64,000 nt of DNA from Chrysomallon squamiferum (taxonomy: Eukaryota; Animalia; Mollusca). The notes beneath the pieces are model-generated. The model saw only the letters and a list, made by a program, of their open reading frames with translations. It was not told the origin of the DNA and did no database searches. The position numbers and the translations under genes are program-made. The stretch covers positions 21,452,001-21,516,000 of the forward strand of contig CM022667.1 of the NCBI GenBank assembly GCA_012295275.1, read 5' to 3'. How positions within the stretch are numbered: the first letter of the stretch is position 1; each line of letters opens with the position of its first letter. Shown here one piece after another: positions 1-14,700 of this stretch.

Positions 1-1770
1 ATCTGCATCATCTTACCATGTATAATTTCATAGTTTTTGAATTTGCAGGCATGGTAAAAAATCCATTCAATAACATTCTCTTCGTTTTCAATTTCATTCA
101 TGGTTAACTTAAATATCCTTTAGAAAAATAATTATATTCAATCTTCTCTAAAAATGTTTATCGTCTTAACATTTGATATTGCATGATTACCGTCACACTG
201 ATTTGTTTCGAGTATAACAGTTACAAGTGATTTTTTTTTAAAAATACATAATTACTATAAATCAGTGTTACGTGTTTATTTCCACTGTAATTATATTCTC
301 TTCGTATTTGTGAAGAAAATGGTTTGAACGTTACGGTGTTTCTGAGTTATCTCCCTTGAGGATATAGTTTCACAATAGGTTCCCTTTTTTATTAGGTGAT
401 TGATTCTATCTATATTTTGACGCGAGTATCCAATTTAAGTAAAAAATAAAAAAAATAAAAAAACTTTATATATATTTCATATTACCGTATAAATATTTTT
501 TCACTATAATTGTTATAAAAGTGTAATAGTATCCTTTTATGCATTATCTTAGTTTATTGTGATATTATAAAGTGTAATATATTTTATTTTACCAAATGAG
601 TTCAATACAAATGAAATTAAATCAAGCCTAATTAATTATTAATTTTTATTCAACATCGACTGAGGTATAAAATTATTTCACGATATATATTTGTTTTCAT
701 TTAATTAGGTTTTAGCCTTGACATTTTGATTAACAATAATATAAACATAAAAAAATAATAATAATAAAAATATAAACCACCATTGTATATAGCTTTTGTA
801 TGAAGGATACGATGAAAAGTGTAAAATATAGTCACAACTAATCAGTACTTAAAATAAACAGAATTAGCCCAATGCTGTCATACTGAATTAGATAGTAATA
901 TATACTGAACTAAAAAAACAACAACAAAAAACAAAAAAAAAACCACCAATACAATTACAACTTATAGTTAAGACCAACAATTTGAAAAAGCGTCTATGTA
1001 TTTCTAATCCAGCAGATTTGGAAATCTAGAAATTTTATAGTTAATAGTCGTATGAAATGTTATGCCTATTACACTTCAGTCTCTTAAAGGTTTTACCACA
1101 GGGCTAAATACAACAGTCGACCAGTCCGCTTTGCATGCGATGTCGTCACGATTCGCTCTAAAATTATAAAAGGGCGGCATTCAAATGTTTTGCAACCCTC
1201 TAATTTTTAATTTCATTCTTTCTTGCGAACGATCATATGTCATCCAAACTAAAACTGTTAACTTGAAAGTATAATTAATTTGTTTTGCTCTTCATAGAGG
1301 AAAACTCAAAAAAAAAAAAAACACACAAAAAAAAAAAAAAAAAAAACCTCATGGTTGTATTAGAATGATGTTGGTGTGTATGCAGAAACAATATTATTAT
1401 TATTATTAATATTATTATTATTTAAAACCTTTTTCTTAAATCAATAATCAACGCGAATTTTGTTTCTTGTTAATATTTTTCTATTAAATTTTAAAGTTTA
1501 TTTCACAAGTTAATTTTACACGATTTCCGTCGATCCATAAATGAAAATTATCTCAGACGACATCAGTGATCATCTGTCCAAGTAGACTAATGGTATGATC
1601 GCACCTGTATGTTATAACACTAGGTCTTTCGATTTCAAATTTTGGTTGTGTAAAAACTATTAGAACGTCTAACTTGAAATATTGGCCTGCAACCGAAAAT
1701 ATCGGTGCCTTTAATTTTCCATTTTCAGAAAGTTTCAAAATTTAGTGTGTGTTTCTTTTGTTTTGTTTCG

Positions 1771-1827
<57 letters not shown>
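1771..1827. repeat. (TTA)n microsatellite
   Basis: Direct reading; explains the poly-Ile ORF 1705..2064. Confidence 0.9.
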
Positions 1828-2719
1828 GCTGTTGTTGTTGTTGTTAAAAGTGTGCAAGTGGTAAAAGTTTTCTACCGTCTATCTTCTGGAATTTCATGGA
1901 AAGCTCCAACACTTTATAGTCGTTTTGGTACTCACATATACATGTTTATCCCTGTTATTATTTTAAAACAAGTTTTGCTTAAATTAATGACTATAATTAG
2001 TCTGAACAATTTTTCTTTCTTTGATATTATTTCTTTGGTAAATAATAAAGTTTATTTTGTTTAAACAAAAACAAATGAGTTACGCCTCGTTAGTTAACTG
2101 TTTTTGCTTTGTAATGGTTTTTCTAGGCAGAGTAAAATTAGCGATAGTTTGTTACGAAGATAATAAAAATCGCCTATCATGTCAATACAATTTTTTTTAG
2201 AATTCTATTATGTGATAACACGCAATGGTCAAATATATTTATTACTGTTGAATAAAATGCAGTGTCTGACGAAAAATTTCAGATTCTACGCATATGATAT
2301 AAATCATTTTAATAATTTCATGTTTATATATTTTTTGCACTAACTACATATTAAACTTACTGAATATGTACAAAAACATTTCTTGGCATATTTAATAAGG
2401 CATAAGGAATAAAATAAATCACAAATCTTTTGTTTACGGTCAAACCCCATAACTGTTATTAAGTTTTAGTGGAATGATCATGACAGTGCCATCTACAGTG
2501 ACCTTCTACTTCCGCCACCTATTTTTTTTTAATTTTTAATTTTTTTATCAGTTGAAAAATAATTAGATTTTAATTAATTAATTAATTTATTTATATTTTA
2601 GATTATAATATTAGATGTATATATATTTTAACATGTTCATAAAGTGTAAATCACTTAAATACAGGATAGATTTGAAAGTGTAATAAAGATCAGGCTAGAT
2701 ATTTTTAAAATACTGAGAG

Positions 2720-5700
2720 ATGGAATCTTCAAAGAAGCCTGAAATGGGCGAAGGTTGTATATATATATATATATATATTCTTGAAAAACAACAAACGAAA
2801 AACAAACGACCCATTTTTATTTAAACGTTTAAATGTCTTTTTTGTCTAACAGAATTTATAATAATTTTAAAAACATTTTATTAAAAATATTTATTTCACA
2901 GTATAAGTTTCCTGTATTGGTTATAGTAATTTGTGATGACTCACTCTGGCCATTGCAAGATGAGGGAATTGATGACTTGGCATGCAGTTGTTAAATTTGA
3001 CAAACTGAATTAAACAATTAAAATAATAAATAATAAATAAATAAATAAATAATAGATAGTAATACTAAATAAATGAATAAAAGTTTACAGGAAAAAATCA
3101 AACATATGTCAATGTCAAATTAAATATTACATCCAAAAGGCATATGAAGAAGCATACACAAAAACCATGAGAAAAATGCTTGTCACTGCTCAGTACACTG
3201 GAAATAGGAAATGTGTTCAGATATGTTATCAATAATTAACTTGTAATGGATACTGACTAGTTAGTAACCACAGAAGAAAAAATACTTCATACTTGGATCC
3301 TCTGATTTTACCATTGCTATATGTTAACATGTAATGACAAGTTGTAGCCTGATAGTCATTTACAATTTTAACAAAAGAGTACCAATCAACAGAAGTTACT
3401 TTTTTTAATTTTTCTAATAAAAATATCATTGAAAATGTCTTAAAAAGTGTTTCATGTTTATTAAGTTAATATCAAATAATTCATGGTTAATTTATACTTA
3501 TTTATATTACATGAACCTTGGTGATGCAAACATTAAACTCATGAATTATTATACTGACAGTTCATAAGAAAGGTTTTTCACAAGCTGTCGTGAATCAAAT
3601 AAAACAAGGATTAACTCAAATTCATTTTGTAGCAAGTTAATTATGTCATGTTAAAATTTAGTTTTTAAAAGTATTTTTCTAAAACATAGTGTTTGAAAGT
3701 GTTTTTCTTTGAATCTTTTATCCTCTGTTTGTCTGCATGTAAGTATGATCATGTGTTCATTTCCTTAATATTTAACTATGTAAAATTAAATATATTGACT
3801 ATGATCACTACTAAAGTAACCATTTTTTTTTTTTTTTATCTAAAATTATTTTCAGGTTCTAATACGTCCAAGAATGCTGCAAATAGCTTTGATTCCATAA
3901 ACCCACCAGACTTCAGCAAAAAAGATGGGAGGTTTGCATATTTTTTTCATAATTTAAGAATAACAATTTTCATTAAAAAAAAAAGTATAATCCAAGAAAA
4001 TGATTACTGTTGGATCCTTGCAGAATGGTGCATTACAGTAGTTCATATTCCAGCCAGAGCATAATATATAGATTATATGTGTGGTGTGTGTGTGTTTCTG
4101 ATTCTGTTCATGTTTATGTATTCTTGGTGCTGCTTGGCATATTACAAAATGAGTAATCTAACACAATAGATTATTTTATTATTAGTTATTTAATAAAAAT
4201 AATTCATTGTTCTTGAAACTCTGATGGATGATGTATCCATCTAAAATTCTAAAATTGTACTTTACAAAGGGACTTTTAAAACAAATTGGAAGCAATAACA
4301 TAATAAATCATGTTCTCTGGATAAAATGTTCATAGTTTTTCTGTGTATTATCTTCATTCATTTGAATTCTTCCAGTCAATAAGTAACATTAAAGCACTTT
4401 ATTTTTGTGGAGAGGCACATACACAATTTAAAATGAAAATGGCTGTGTGGTATATATATAGCTAATATTTGATTATTTCAACAGAATCACTGACTTTGGT
4501 TTTACGGATAACATGAAATACTGTGCACCATGTTTAGGAAAGACTATATCTGAAATCCGAAATCAAAGAATTAAAGAGAGTATTCATTTAACATTTGAGG
4601 ATATAAAAGACAAAATAAGTGAGGTAAAAACTTCTTTCAGTAACTTTTTATTTTTGTTATTTGTTATACTACAAGAACATTTGTCACTGTAATTCTTAAA
4701 TCCTAATTTATAGTTAATTTTGCCAATATCAACTGAGGGATAAAAATATTACACAATATTTGTTTATTTTTATTTGGCATTAGACATAACTTTATGAAAT
4801 GCATAATATATGTACTTCTAAGACTTTCATAAAATAAAATCAAAGTGACTTGGAATTTTTTACTTTCTAATTTTAATAATATATATATATATATATGTGT
4901 ACATATACATAATTCAAATGTAAAAGCAGATAGCAGGCTTATTTTGAATCTATTTTAAAATTAATGTCTTTTCAGTAAATTTGGGGTGTATTATTTATTC
5001 ACAGTTGTATGTTTGCATGGCAGCATGTGTGTTTTTGTCATCTCATATTTATTTCATTACTTAAAAACTATTTCAGACTTTAGTTTTTATTCAGTCAGAA
5101 GAAGAAGTGAAAGTGGAGGAAACAGACTCAGAGGTATGTATATATCATGGTATCACCTAATTATACATAAATCAAAATAACTTAAAACAGGAGCATATAT
5201 AATAATTAATTTAGTTTTTTATATTTTACTTGTATTCACCCTTTTTCGTAATAATTTCACTATATTAAGCATAAAGCTGCTGTTTAAAAACTTTTACTAT
5301 TAAATTACTTCTTTCAGGATGAATTTTTTGAGGAAGATGAGAGACAAAGTGCTTTGAATGATATATATGATTGGATCAAATCTGAGCAAAAAGAATTGGT
5401 ATATATATTTTAAATTATTTACTTGTGTATCTATTTTTCACTGTGATAAATTGAATAAGTAATGGTGCTGATAATGGATAATGAAACAGAGCTCGAGACA
5501 AAATGCACATCTGTGTATTTTACACATTCAAAGTGGCTAAATACACAGTCATCTAATTTTATTTATGGAATATGCAGAAGATTTTATCAGCGAAGTTATT
5601 GTCTGAGTATTCTGAATATTCATTTGCTGCATTTCATTAAAAACATTTGTTGTGATGTCCACTGTGATTTGACTTAACATATAGTGAGAGCAGTAAGGCA

Positions 5701-8700
5701 TATTGAATCCAAATGAAGAAAAATATCTGAGCTTACTAAGTAAAAAAATAAAAATATATATATATTTAAAAAAAAAAAAAATTTATGAAGCCTTGCCAGG
5801 TACATTTCAAAATTGGGTGTGAAAATAAATAAATCACAAATTTCACTCAATTAATTTCAAAATTGATCTGAAGAGTATCTGAGGCACTGAAAAATGTAAG
5901 TTTTAATTATGGATGTTTATGTTGTGCTAATGAAATGTTTCAGTTAACACAGTTACAAACATCATAGTAATCAGCATGAAAGGAGCACTCATTACAAAGC
6001 TTCATTAACTTAGCATGTCAAAACAGTATGGTGTTTTTCTTATTTGTTGATTTGTTGATTAAAAGGTAAAAGACATGATGAGTATTTCTTGACGTTATTT
6101 CACTGATTTGCACAGGAACAGCTTACAAGCAGAGAAAAAGAATTTCAAACTGAATTTGAGGACATAGCCACTGCTGATGAAGTGATGGAGTAAGTATATT
6201 TATATACACAGCACAAAAGAAAATAAATATTTTATATGGCATGTTAACTAATAAGAGAAAGATAATAACAGGTGATTTTAAATTTTGAATAGCACCAAGA
6301 AATATTTAAATATTTAAACAGTAAATAGGCATAAATATGAGCAATAACCAGCTATGTAATTTAATATTAAAGTTCAAAAAAATCTATAATATTCACAACT
6401 AGTTTATTCTTTTCAGTTAGTAAGCACTGATAAACATTCAGTTGCTTAAAATGGTTCTTGAATTATTCCTTTAACCTATTGATTTCTTTTTTATATAGTT
6501 AATGAATGAAAACCTTATTTTATATAACACTGTATTTTTTAATTTATGTTTTTAAATTTGGTTTTGCCTAAACTATTCTCATAAATGTGTATTAACAAAT
6601 ATTAGTGTGTAGATCAGATATTAGCAAGATTCTGCTAATAATCTTATTGTTTACAGTGAAGCATTAGAGCAGTTCAGAAAATCAGCTGAAACTATGGCTG
6701 ACTGGGGCAGAAGAATTATGTCAGAAATGAAACACTTAATGTAAGTTAAGTTACCTTTTATGAGTCAGCAACTGATTAAACAGATTCTGAGGGATTACTT
6801 TATTTATGGTTATAATAAATTTCATGCAGGCTTTCATTTTTCCTGCTAATGTAGTATTCAGTATTTAGAAATTTGAGTTTCTACTTTCTTGTTTTTGTTT
6901 TATACATTTTGTATTTATAAATATTCAAATGTGAGACTCTTTCCAATCTTATTAATGTCAGAAAAAACAAACAAATGAATACCTATATTTTTATCTCCTA
7001 TTTCTAGAAGAGCATACTTTTAATTCAAAGTCATTTTAAACAATTTCATTTTGGGTATTAATGTTTTTTTTCCTTTCTAGAGATCCTTGTGATGCCAGCC
7101 ACATTCCAAAAGTCACCATTTATGGAGGTGAGATCAAGGAATGTTTATAATGAAAGAAAACAACCACATAGTTTAGCTTAATCAGAATATTTAATTTTTT
7201 CTTAATCTGATCCTTAGCAAGATGGGGAAGTGCTCATATAACTTAATTATAGATTATAAAACAAAGGAGTAGGCCTAGGTACTATAACAGTAAATCATTA
7301 ACAATTAAATTTGCAGTTTGGCTTTAAAAATCAGCTAGAGAAATATAAATGTTTTAATTATTATAAATCTGAAGTCTTTGATTTAAGACTATTCATTTTT
7401 TTAATCACTTTTATAATTTTCTAACTCTAAGTGTCAGAAATATATCAGCGTGGTTGTGTTTTGTTTTTCGTTTTAAAACAGTATTAAGATGTTAAGATAA
7501 TAAAACTACTGTATGAAAATAAACACTGAACACAAAGGTAATTAAATCAAAATAAAACTATCAATCTTGTTAGATTATGTTTAACAAAGGGAACCACATT
7601 ATGTGATCAACACCACAGATGACAGTGTGTTCTGTCAGTCAGTATTAGCAGTAATTGTACATATCAAATGGAAAATTTATGAAATTGGTATTTAGATGAA
7701 ATTCTGACAGCAAATTACATTTCACAAATTATGTTTCCATAAATCCTATAAAGGTGGAACATGTTATACTAATAGATTAACATTGTAAGCTGCTGTTAAA
7801 AAACTGGAACATTTTATTCATACTATAACTGATATTCCTGTGAAGAATATTACAATGTTAAAAATGTTTAATATCTGCTAAAAACAAACATTAGTTGAAA
7901 AAATCCTCATTTTAGCCTCACATTATTGGCATCTTATTAACTACTGTATTCTTGAACTTTGAATATCATGTGCGTTGAAGATTCTGTGGTCTAAACATAT
8001 TTATTTTTGAAAATACATATATACATTTTTATAACATGACTTTTTTCTTCTTTTTTTTTTGTAATTTCCTTTTTTTAATACCCACTCTCCTATTTATAGG
8101 CCTCATTTAATTATGTTCCATTGGTAGCTGACATCTAAAAAAAAACCTCATATTCTTGACTAGGAGGCATATATCTAAAAAAAGAATAAGTATGTTGTAT
8201 TGACCAAAACTGACCTTATCATACCTGTTCCTTTGTGTTTTTATTTTTTTGAATTTATTTCAGAAAATCCACTGATGACTTCTGCAGAGATATGGGATTC
8301 AGCTGCTTCTTCTATTTCTCAGATTTTTGAGGAAGCTTCAAACTTGGTGAAAATAATTACTTTGAGACAAGGTTATTTTTTAAATTGCTAACTTGTTTTT
8401 TCCTCATTTTGATGATACATGTTATCTGGAATATTTGCATATAAATTATTTTGTGTGTGTGTGTGTTTCTGTATTTGGTTAAAAGTATGACTTTTATTTT
8501 TATTTTGGTTTGGAAAAGAAGAGAACATGCAGGTCTAGATGGGGACCTGCATATTTCTGATGATGATTTATTTTTTATAATGCATTCTGTTTACACAAAG
8601 GTTTTAACAATATATTTCAAACATAATAAATTTAAATTAAATTTAAAGATAGACTAATTTTTCACTAATGTAAGACAGTCTTACCTGTTCCATTTTCTGA

Positions 8701-11700
8701 AAACACTTGACAATGAATGCTTTTTATTCCTAAACAAAAATATTGTAGCTAAAACAGTGTAAGTTAAGAAACAATAAATTTAGGCATTATGCGCAATTCA
8801 CAGCTAAATTAGAGCACGTTCCAAATTAAAATGTGTAATAGTCATTGATCTAAAAAAATTTCATTCATCTTGTCATAAATTTATTATTACATTTTATGGT
8901 ACTGAAACAGATTTATTATGATTTTACTAAAACATTTCTTGATGTGTTCAGTTTATGTTTCATTATATTTTTATAGCCCTGGTCAGTGGCAAAAAGCAGT
9001 TCAATATTATGATGGAAGTAGCAAAAACTAAATTTGCGATGTTAAAAGAAGTCTTAGAGAAAAAAGATAAGCTATATATGGTAATTAAAATGTTATTTTT
9101 TATATTTTAAATGGGTCATGCTCTATCACAAACTGATAGATCACATAAATTGAAAAAACAAGATGTGAATGCTTATTATTATTAATAGTAATTCGTTTTC
9201 GTTGTCCATCTATTATCATTAATAAAAAATTAAAATGCAGGTGTTAATGATAATATGTTACAGGTTTGTTACGGAATTCAGATTGTGTAACCAAATTTGT
9301 TACTTCAATCAGAGATCCGCTCCTTTTATTTTTAAGCAATGGAATTCAGATTGCATAACTTAAATTGTTTAATTTAAAACATACAAGGTGTTTAAGGCAG
9401 TTGGGGGAATGTGTACTACAATTCCATTACACCAACTTCTTCTCAATTCACCTCTGGCTTCTAGAGAGGTGTTGGTCGATCTCATAGATAGTTTGAGCCC
9501 CATGACAGGATTATAAAAGTTGAGGCTCTTGTCCAGGATTTTTCAAATAAATAATTTGGGGGTTCATTTTCAAAAATTCTTAAAGAATTATTTGTTTAGA
9601 GGTATTGAGTATTTTCTCAATTTAATTACAGCTAATTTATGTTTATATCCATTTGAGAAAACAATACAACAAAATAATAACGATATTAAAATAAATAAAT
9701 CAAAACTGAGAAATAATTATGGATCAAGATACATTGAACAATCCTAGTTTGGAATCCTAACTTTTATCAAAAGAGCCAAGAGCTATTAGAATTGGCAGAT
9801 ATTCATAATATTTCAATTGCCCAGTCAAACAAGATAGAGCAAATCAGAGAAATTTTAACAGAGGCTTTGAGAATGAATGTTTTTGTGCATATGATGATGT
9901 GTTGATGAATAAAACCTTAAATAGAATCATGACAGATGAAAATGTAGTACCTAAAATAAAAGATAGGTTACAGTAAGCGACTAAATTAGGTCAAAAACAT
10001 TTAGTGAAAGCTCAGACTGAAATATAAAAAAATTTGATACGAAAAGTAAATAAGAAAATTTAATCCAGGTGACAAGGTACTAATATATTTGCCAATCACT
10101 AAATCATCTCTGCACAATAAACATTTTGGTCCGTACATTGTAAAAGGTAAAGTTAGTGACACAGGTTATATTGTTAATATACCAGATCGAGGTAAGTTGA
10201 CAAGGTTTTGCCATATTAATCTGTTGAAGGATATCATGATCGGATTCCGACCAATCCATCAATAACCAGATGGAAATGTCTGCTCATCAAACAGGTGAAA
10301 AGTCCAATATTCGGCTGGCTAACAGTGAATCTCAGTTGGACCTGAAATTACATCACCTCTCAAGTGATAGACAAAACATAATAAAGAAGGTGATTACGAA
10401 GTTCCCTAAATTGTTACCTAATGCACCGAGTATGACTGATGTCACCACCCAGGATCTGGAAATAAAAGATGTTCTCAAGCCTTCCAGGAATGAAAGAATA
10501 TGTTCTGTTCAACCCCTGAAATGGCAACACCCAATCACCAGCTGGCTGTAGATGCTAATGATATTGATTCCAGGGCAGTCTGTTTAAGAAGATCACAGTG
10601 GGATAGACCACCCAGGGTATGGACTGGATGATGTCTACTGATCAACCCATGGCAAACCAAGGAAATAATATCTTACTGAAGCTGAGACATTGATGATGTT
10701 ACTTTTTATTTTATGTATTGTTTGACAAAAACTTTCATGTGTATTATATGCCATTGTTTGACAAAAAACTTTCACATATATCATTATTATTGTTATTATT
10801 ATTATTATGTGTCATGTGATACCAGAAAATTTCCAAATCTTAGGTATACTACATTTTCTAAATTTGTGGAGAGGCGTGTCACAGAAATCAGATTGCGTAA
10901 CCAAATTTGTTACTTCAATCAGAGATCTGCTGCTTTTATTCTTAAGAATTGGAATTCAGATTGCGTAACTTTAATTGTTACTTCAAATCACATCTTCTCT
11001 TTTATTTTGAAGCTATGGAATTGAAATTGCGTAACTTTAATTATTACTACAGTCACATCCACTCTTTTTATTGTTTCCTTGTATCATTAATCAAAATTAC
11101 TTAAATGTATGTTTTATGATTGTATAATCTATTATTATCAAGACACCTGTAATAATTAACTTCAATCTTAACTTGCATTGGGTTTATTTCTCTAGTGGAT
11201 AGATAGATTTTTGATTTATGTAGATTACTGTCAATTTATTGTTTATATTCCTTGTTAGATGGCCACTAAAGCACCTTATTACCCTAGACTGAGACTTAAT
11301 AAAACATACGAGGTGTTTAAAGGTTTGAGCCCTATGACAAGGTGTCAGTTGAAAAGATAATCATTTGTTTATTCCTCTTTGTGAAGACCATAAATTAGAA
11401 TTGGTTTATTGAATATAATGGTTAATTTACATTTATTTTCCAAATATAAAATTTTGCTGCCTCATCAGGATTATTAAATTAAAATAATTGTTATTAATAA
11501 TTGCAGATTTGAAATAATTCAAGAAATTTGTGTGTAAATCAGCTGTAAACTTGTTGTATCTTTTCTTCTTCCAGGACAACCAGATTATTAAGAGAATGTT
11601 GGCTGTAAGTGATAATAAAGTTGAAAAATTGACTGCAATACAGGACTCTCATGCTGAACAATTAAATGGCCTAAAGTTAAAATTGGTAAATATAATATTA

Positions 11701-14700
11701 TGTTTAAATATTGTCTGTCTTTTCATTGTCAGCTAAACATCTTGCAAACATTCCTCCATGACTGTCACTCCCACTCTCTGTTTATATTCTTCTGTTTACT
11801 AAATACATGTCAAACATTCGTCTGAAATTAATGAGAAAAGATAATTTTTTTTAAAATAAAATGTATTGCTTTATATGGATTGTAAATCTGTATATGCAAA
11901 AAAAACAAACAATTCTAATTCAATTTTAATTTATCAAAACAACATAAATATGAAGAATATTTGGTAAGAATATCTGATATAAAACATGTAAAGTGATGAT
12001 TAAAATAAAAGATTTCTTTTCAGACTCAGTCAATTGATATGAATGAAAAACTTATTTCTCAAGTGATGAAATTACGAGCAAATTCTGAATCACTACAGAA
12101 GATAATTGAAAAAACATTTAAAAGATTGAAATTACCGTTACCTAACTTCACCTCAGATGAGCCTGTACAGCTGCCTGGTAGGTTTATCCATTTAGACTAA
12201 TTCATTTTTTTTTTTCATTTTGTCTGTTTTAAAAGTGTTCCAGAAATATTCTTTAGCACAGTCCTAGATGACTGACAAAGATTTATGTGATATATCCTTT
12301 ACATAATCATATGATTCAAAGAATGCTTCAGTATGTTTTTGGTTTTTTTTATTTTTTTAATTTGTTTTGTATGTATTTTGTGGTCCATCCAAAAATGCAT
12401 TTTAAAGATTCTTTGCTGTTGGTTGATAAAAGAAACCCAAGGAAATATGTTTGTGTATGTGAGTGTGAGTGTGGGTGTAATAATTATTTCAGATAATGAT
12501 TCATTATAAGATATGTAAAAGAAATACGTTCATCTTTCATTTTAAGTTTTATTATTTAATCCACAAAATCTTTTTTTAATTGCAGAAAATTTTAGTGAAG
12601 CTATATCTGCATTTGAAGAGATAAAAGATATATTAAGAAGCAGGGTTAGTTGAAGAATTATAAACTAGTTAAAACTTTTTATTGTTCTGTGTGTAAGTGT
12701 TTGTCTTGTTGCATAATGAAACACTGATGATATCAGGTTGCTTAACATGTTTTTGTTTTAGACTGATAGTTTTTATAAGGTCTTAATATGGCATTGATTA
12801 CACATAAGTTGTAACTTTTTAACATTTTTATGTGTTTAACCACACATTATTAAAAATCAACAAACAAAAGCATTTTTTAATAAAAACCTCTGATTTTGTC
12901 TCCCCAAAAATATCTTAATACCAATATAATAATGACTGAGTTATTTCAGTTCAGCTGAAATCAAAACATCATAGTTAGACGTTTTGAGAGTGACCTGCAA
13001 GACCAGCACAAAGGTATTGTATATATTTGTAAGATATATTATGAAAATATCTGGAACTATAAGTAATAGAAGAGCAAGTATTTTTGAAATAAAAGGGGAC
13101 TAAGTATTTCTTAATAAAAAAACAAAAGTAGATGTCATGAATTCTGAAAATTGAAATTAACATTTAATTTGATGTTTTGGGGGATCTTTTTCAAGGAAAA
13201 CCTTTCTCAACGAAAAGCATCTGCAGATAGGTATTCTTTAGGAGCTGACATTAAGACATCTTCATCTAAAGAATTTCCACTACAAAAAAAGATTACAATA
13301 TTTGAAGATGAAGAGTTTCAGGGGATGACAGGTCATAAGGAAAACACATCTGCTCAAGTCAGTAATATTTTTCTTTATTAGTAATTACCATATTAGTGTT
13401 TGAACATTTTTAGAATCTTCATTTGAAATTTGGTAACTTTTTAATAAAACATGAACACTTATTAATGATTTTGTAGAAACACATAGAAAATAAAACCATT
13501 AAGCAACAAGCGCATTTTTGTTTTGTAATATTAATAAAAGAATAATTCAGACTCCAGCTGAAAGATACACACAACATTAAATATTTTTTAAAAACCCAAC
13601 AGAAATCTCTAATTTTTTAAAGTAATTATTTGTGTCATTTTTCATTTTCTAAGTTACTTTAAAATTGTTTTTAATTCTGCTTATAGTTGTCACATGCATC
13701 TAAATCTGAAAAGCATAATAGATGTTTATCACCATCAGACAGAGACAATTCACAAAATAGGTCTGAGAGTGGACATTCCATTTTAGCTGAGAAATTGCAA
13801 AAAGATTCTTTGTTGCTCAAGAAAGATACATCAGGTATTTCAAAAGATGTGTCATCATCTATTTTTGGCAACCTAAAAAATAAAAAAATTGACAAAATGC
13901 AGGCTGTAAGTAATGAATTTGTATCCAGAACGGCTAAGTCTGAATCCAGAAAATCCTCTTCAGATAGCAAGCAGGGAAAAATTAAAAATTTTAATAAAAT
14001 TAAAATATCAAATAAAGTTTCTCAGCCTGATAATAGCTCATGCACTCCAGATAACAGGCTTCCAGCAGCTACACCCGAAGGTCATAGATCATCAACGAGT
14101 ACAACCAAAAAACATCAGGTTTCACAGTATAAAGATTTAGCTCCAGACTTCCAGAATCAAATGGAAAAAAATATGTTACAACAGAAGCATCAAACATCTA
14201 GTGATCAATCTACATTGGTAATTAACAAAGACAAATCCTTGATTCCAAGTGATGGGTTTCCTGCAGGTTCTCATGTTAATGATCAATCTACAGTAGGAAG
14301 TAAACCCAAAAATACAACCAAAACAGATCAAGTCTCCCAGCATCAGCAGAAACCTACATCCTCAGCTGGTAAGGAAGAAACCTTGATTCCAAGTGATGGG
14401 TTTCCTGCAGGTTCACCTGTTGATGATCAATCTACAGTAGGAAATAAACCCCAAAATACAACCAAAACAGATCAAGTCTCCCAGCATCAGCAGAACTCTA
14501 CATCCTCAGCTGGTAAGGAAGAAACCTTGATTCCAAGTGATGGGTTTCCTGCAGGTTCACCTGATAATGATCAATCGACAGTAGCAAATAAACCCAAATC
14601 TAGAATAAAAACAGACCAAGCTTCTGATCATCAGAAATCTTTAGCCTTAGCTGGTAAGGAAGAAACCTTGATTCCAAGTGATGGGTTTCCTGCAGGTTCT

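Noticed and set aside
344-359. ttatctcccttga shared with 39504-39516
   Set aside because: Only 13 bp; probably a fragment of a dispersed repeat, and no element boundaries could be defined.
1705-2064. Short ORFs with poly-I, poly-L, poly-SL, poly-ER or poly-CV runs (also 44180, 46244, 48840, 60582-61041, 62181)
   Set aside because: They are translations of microsatellites with no coding evidence.
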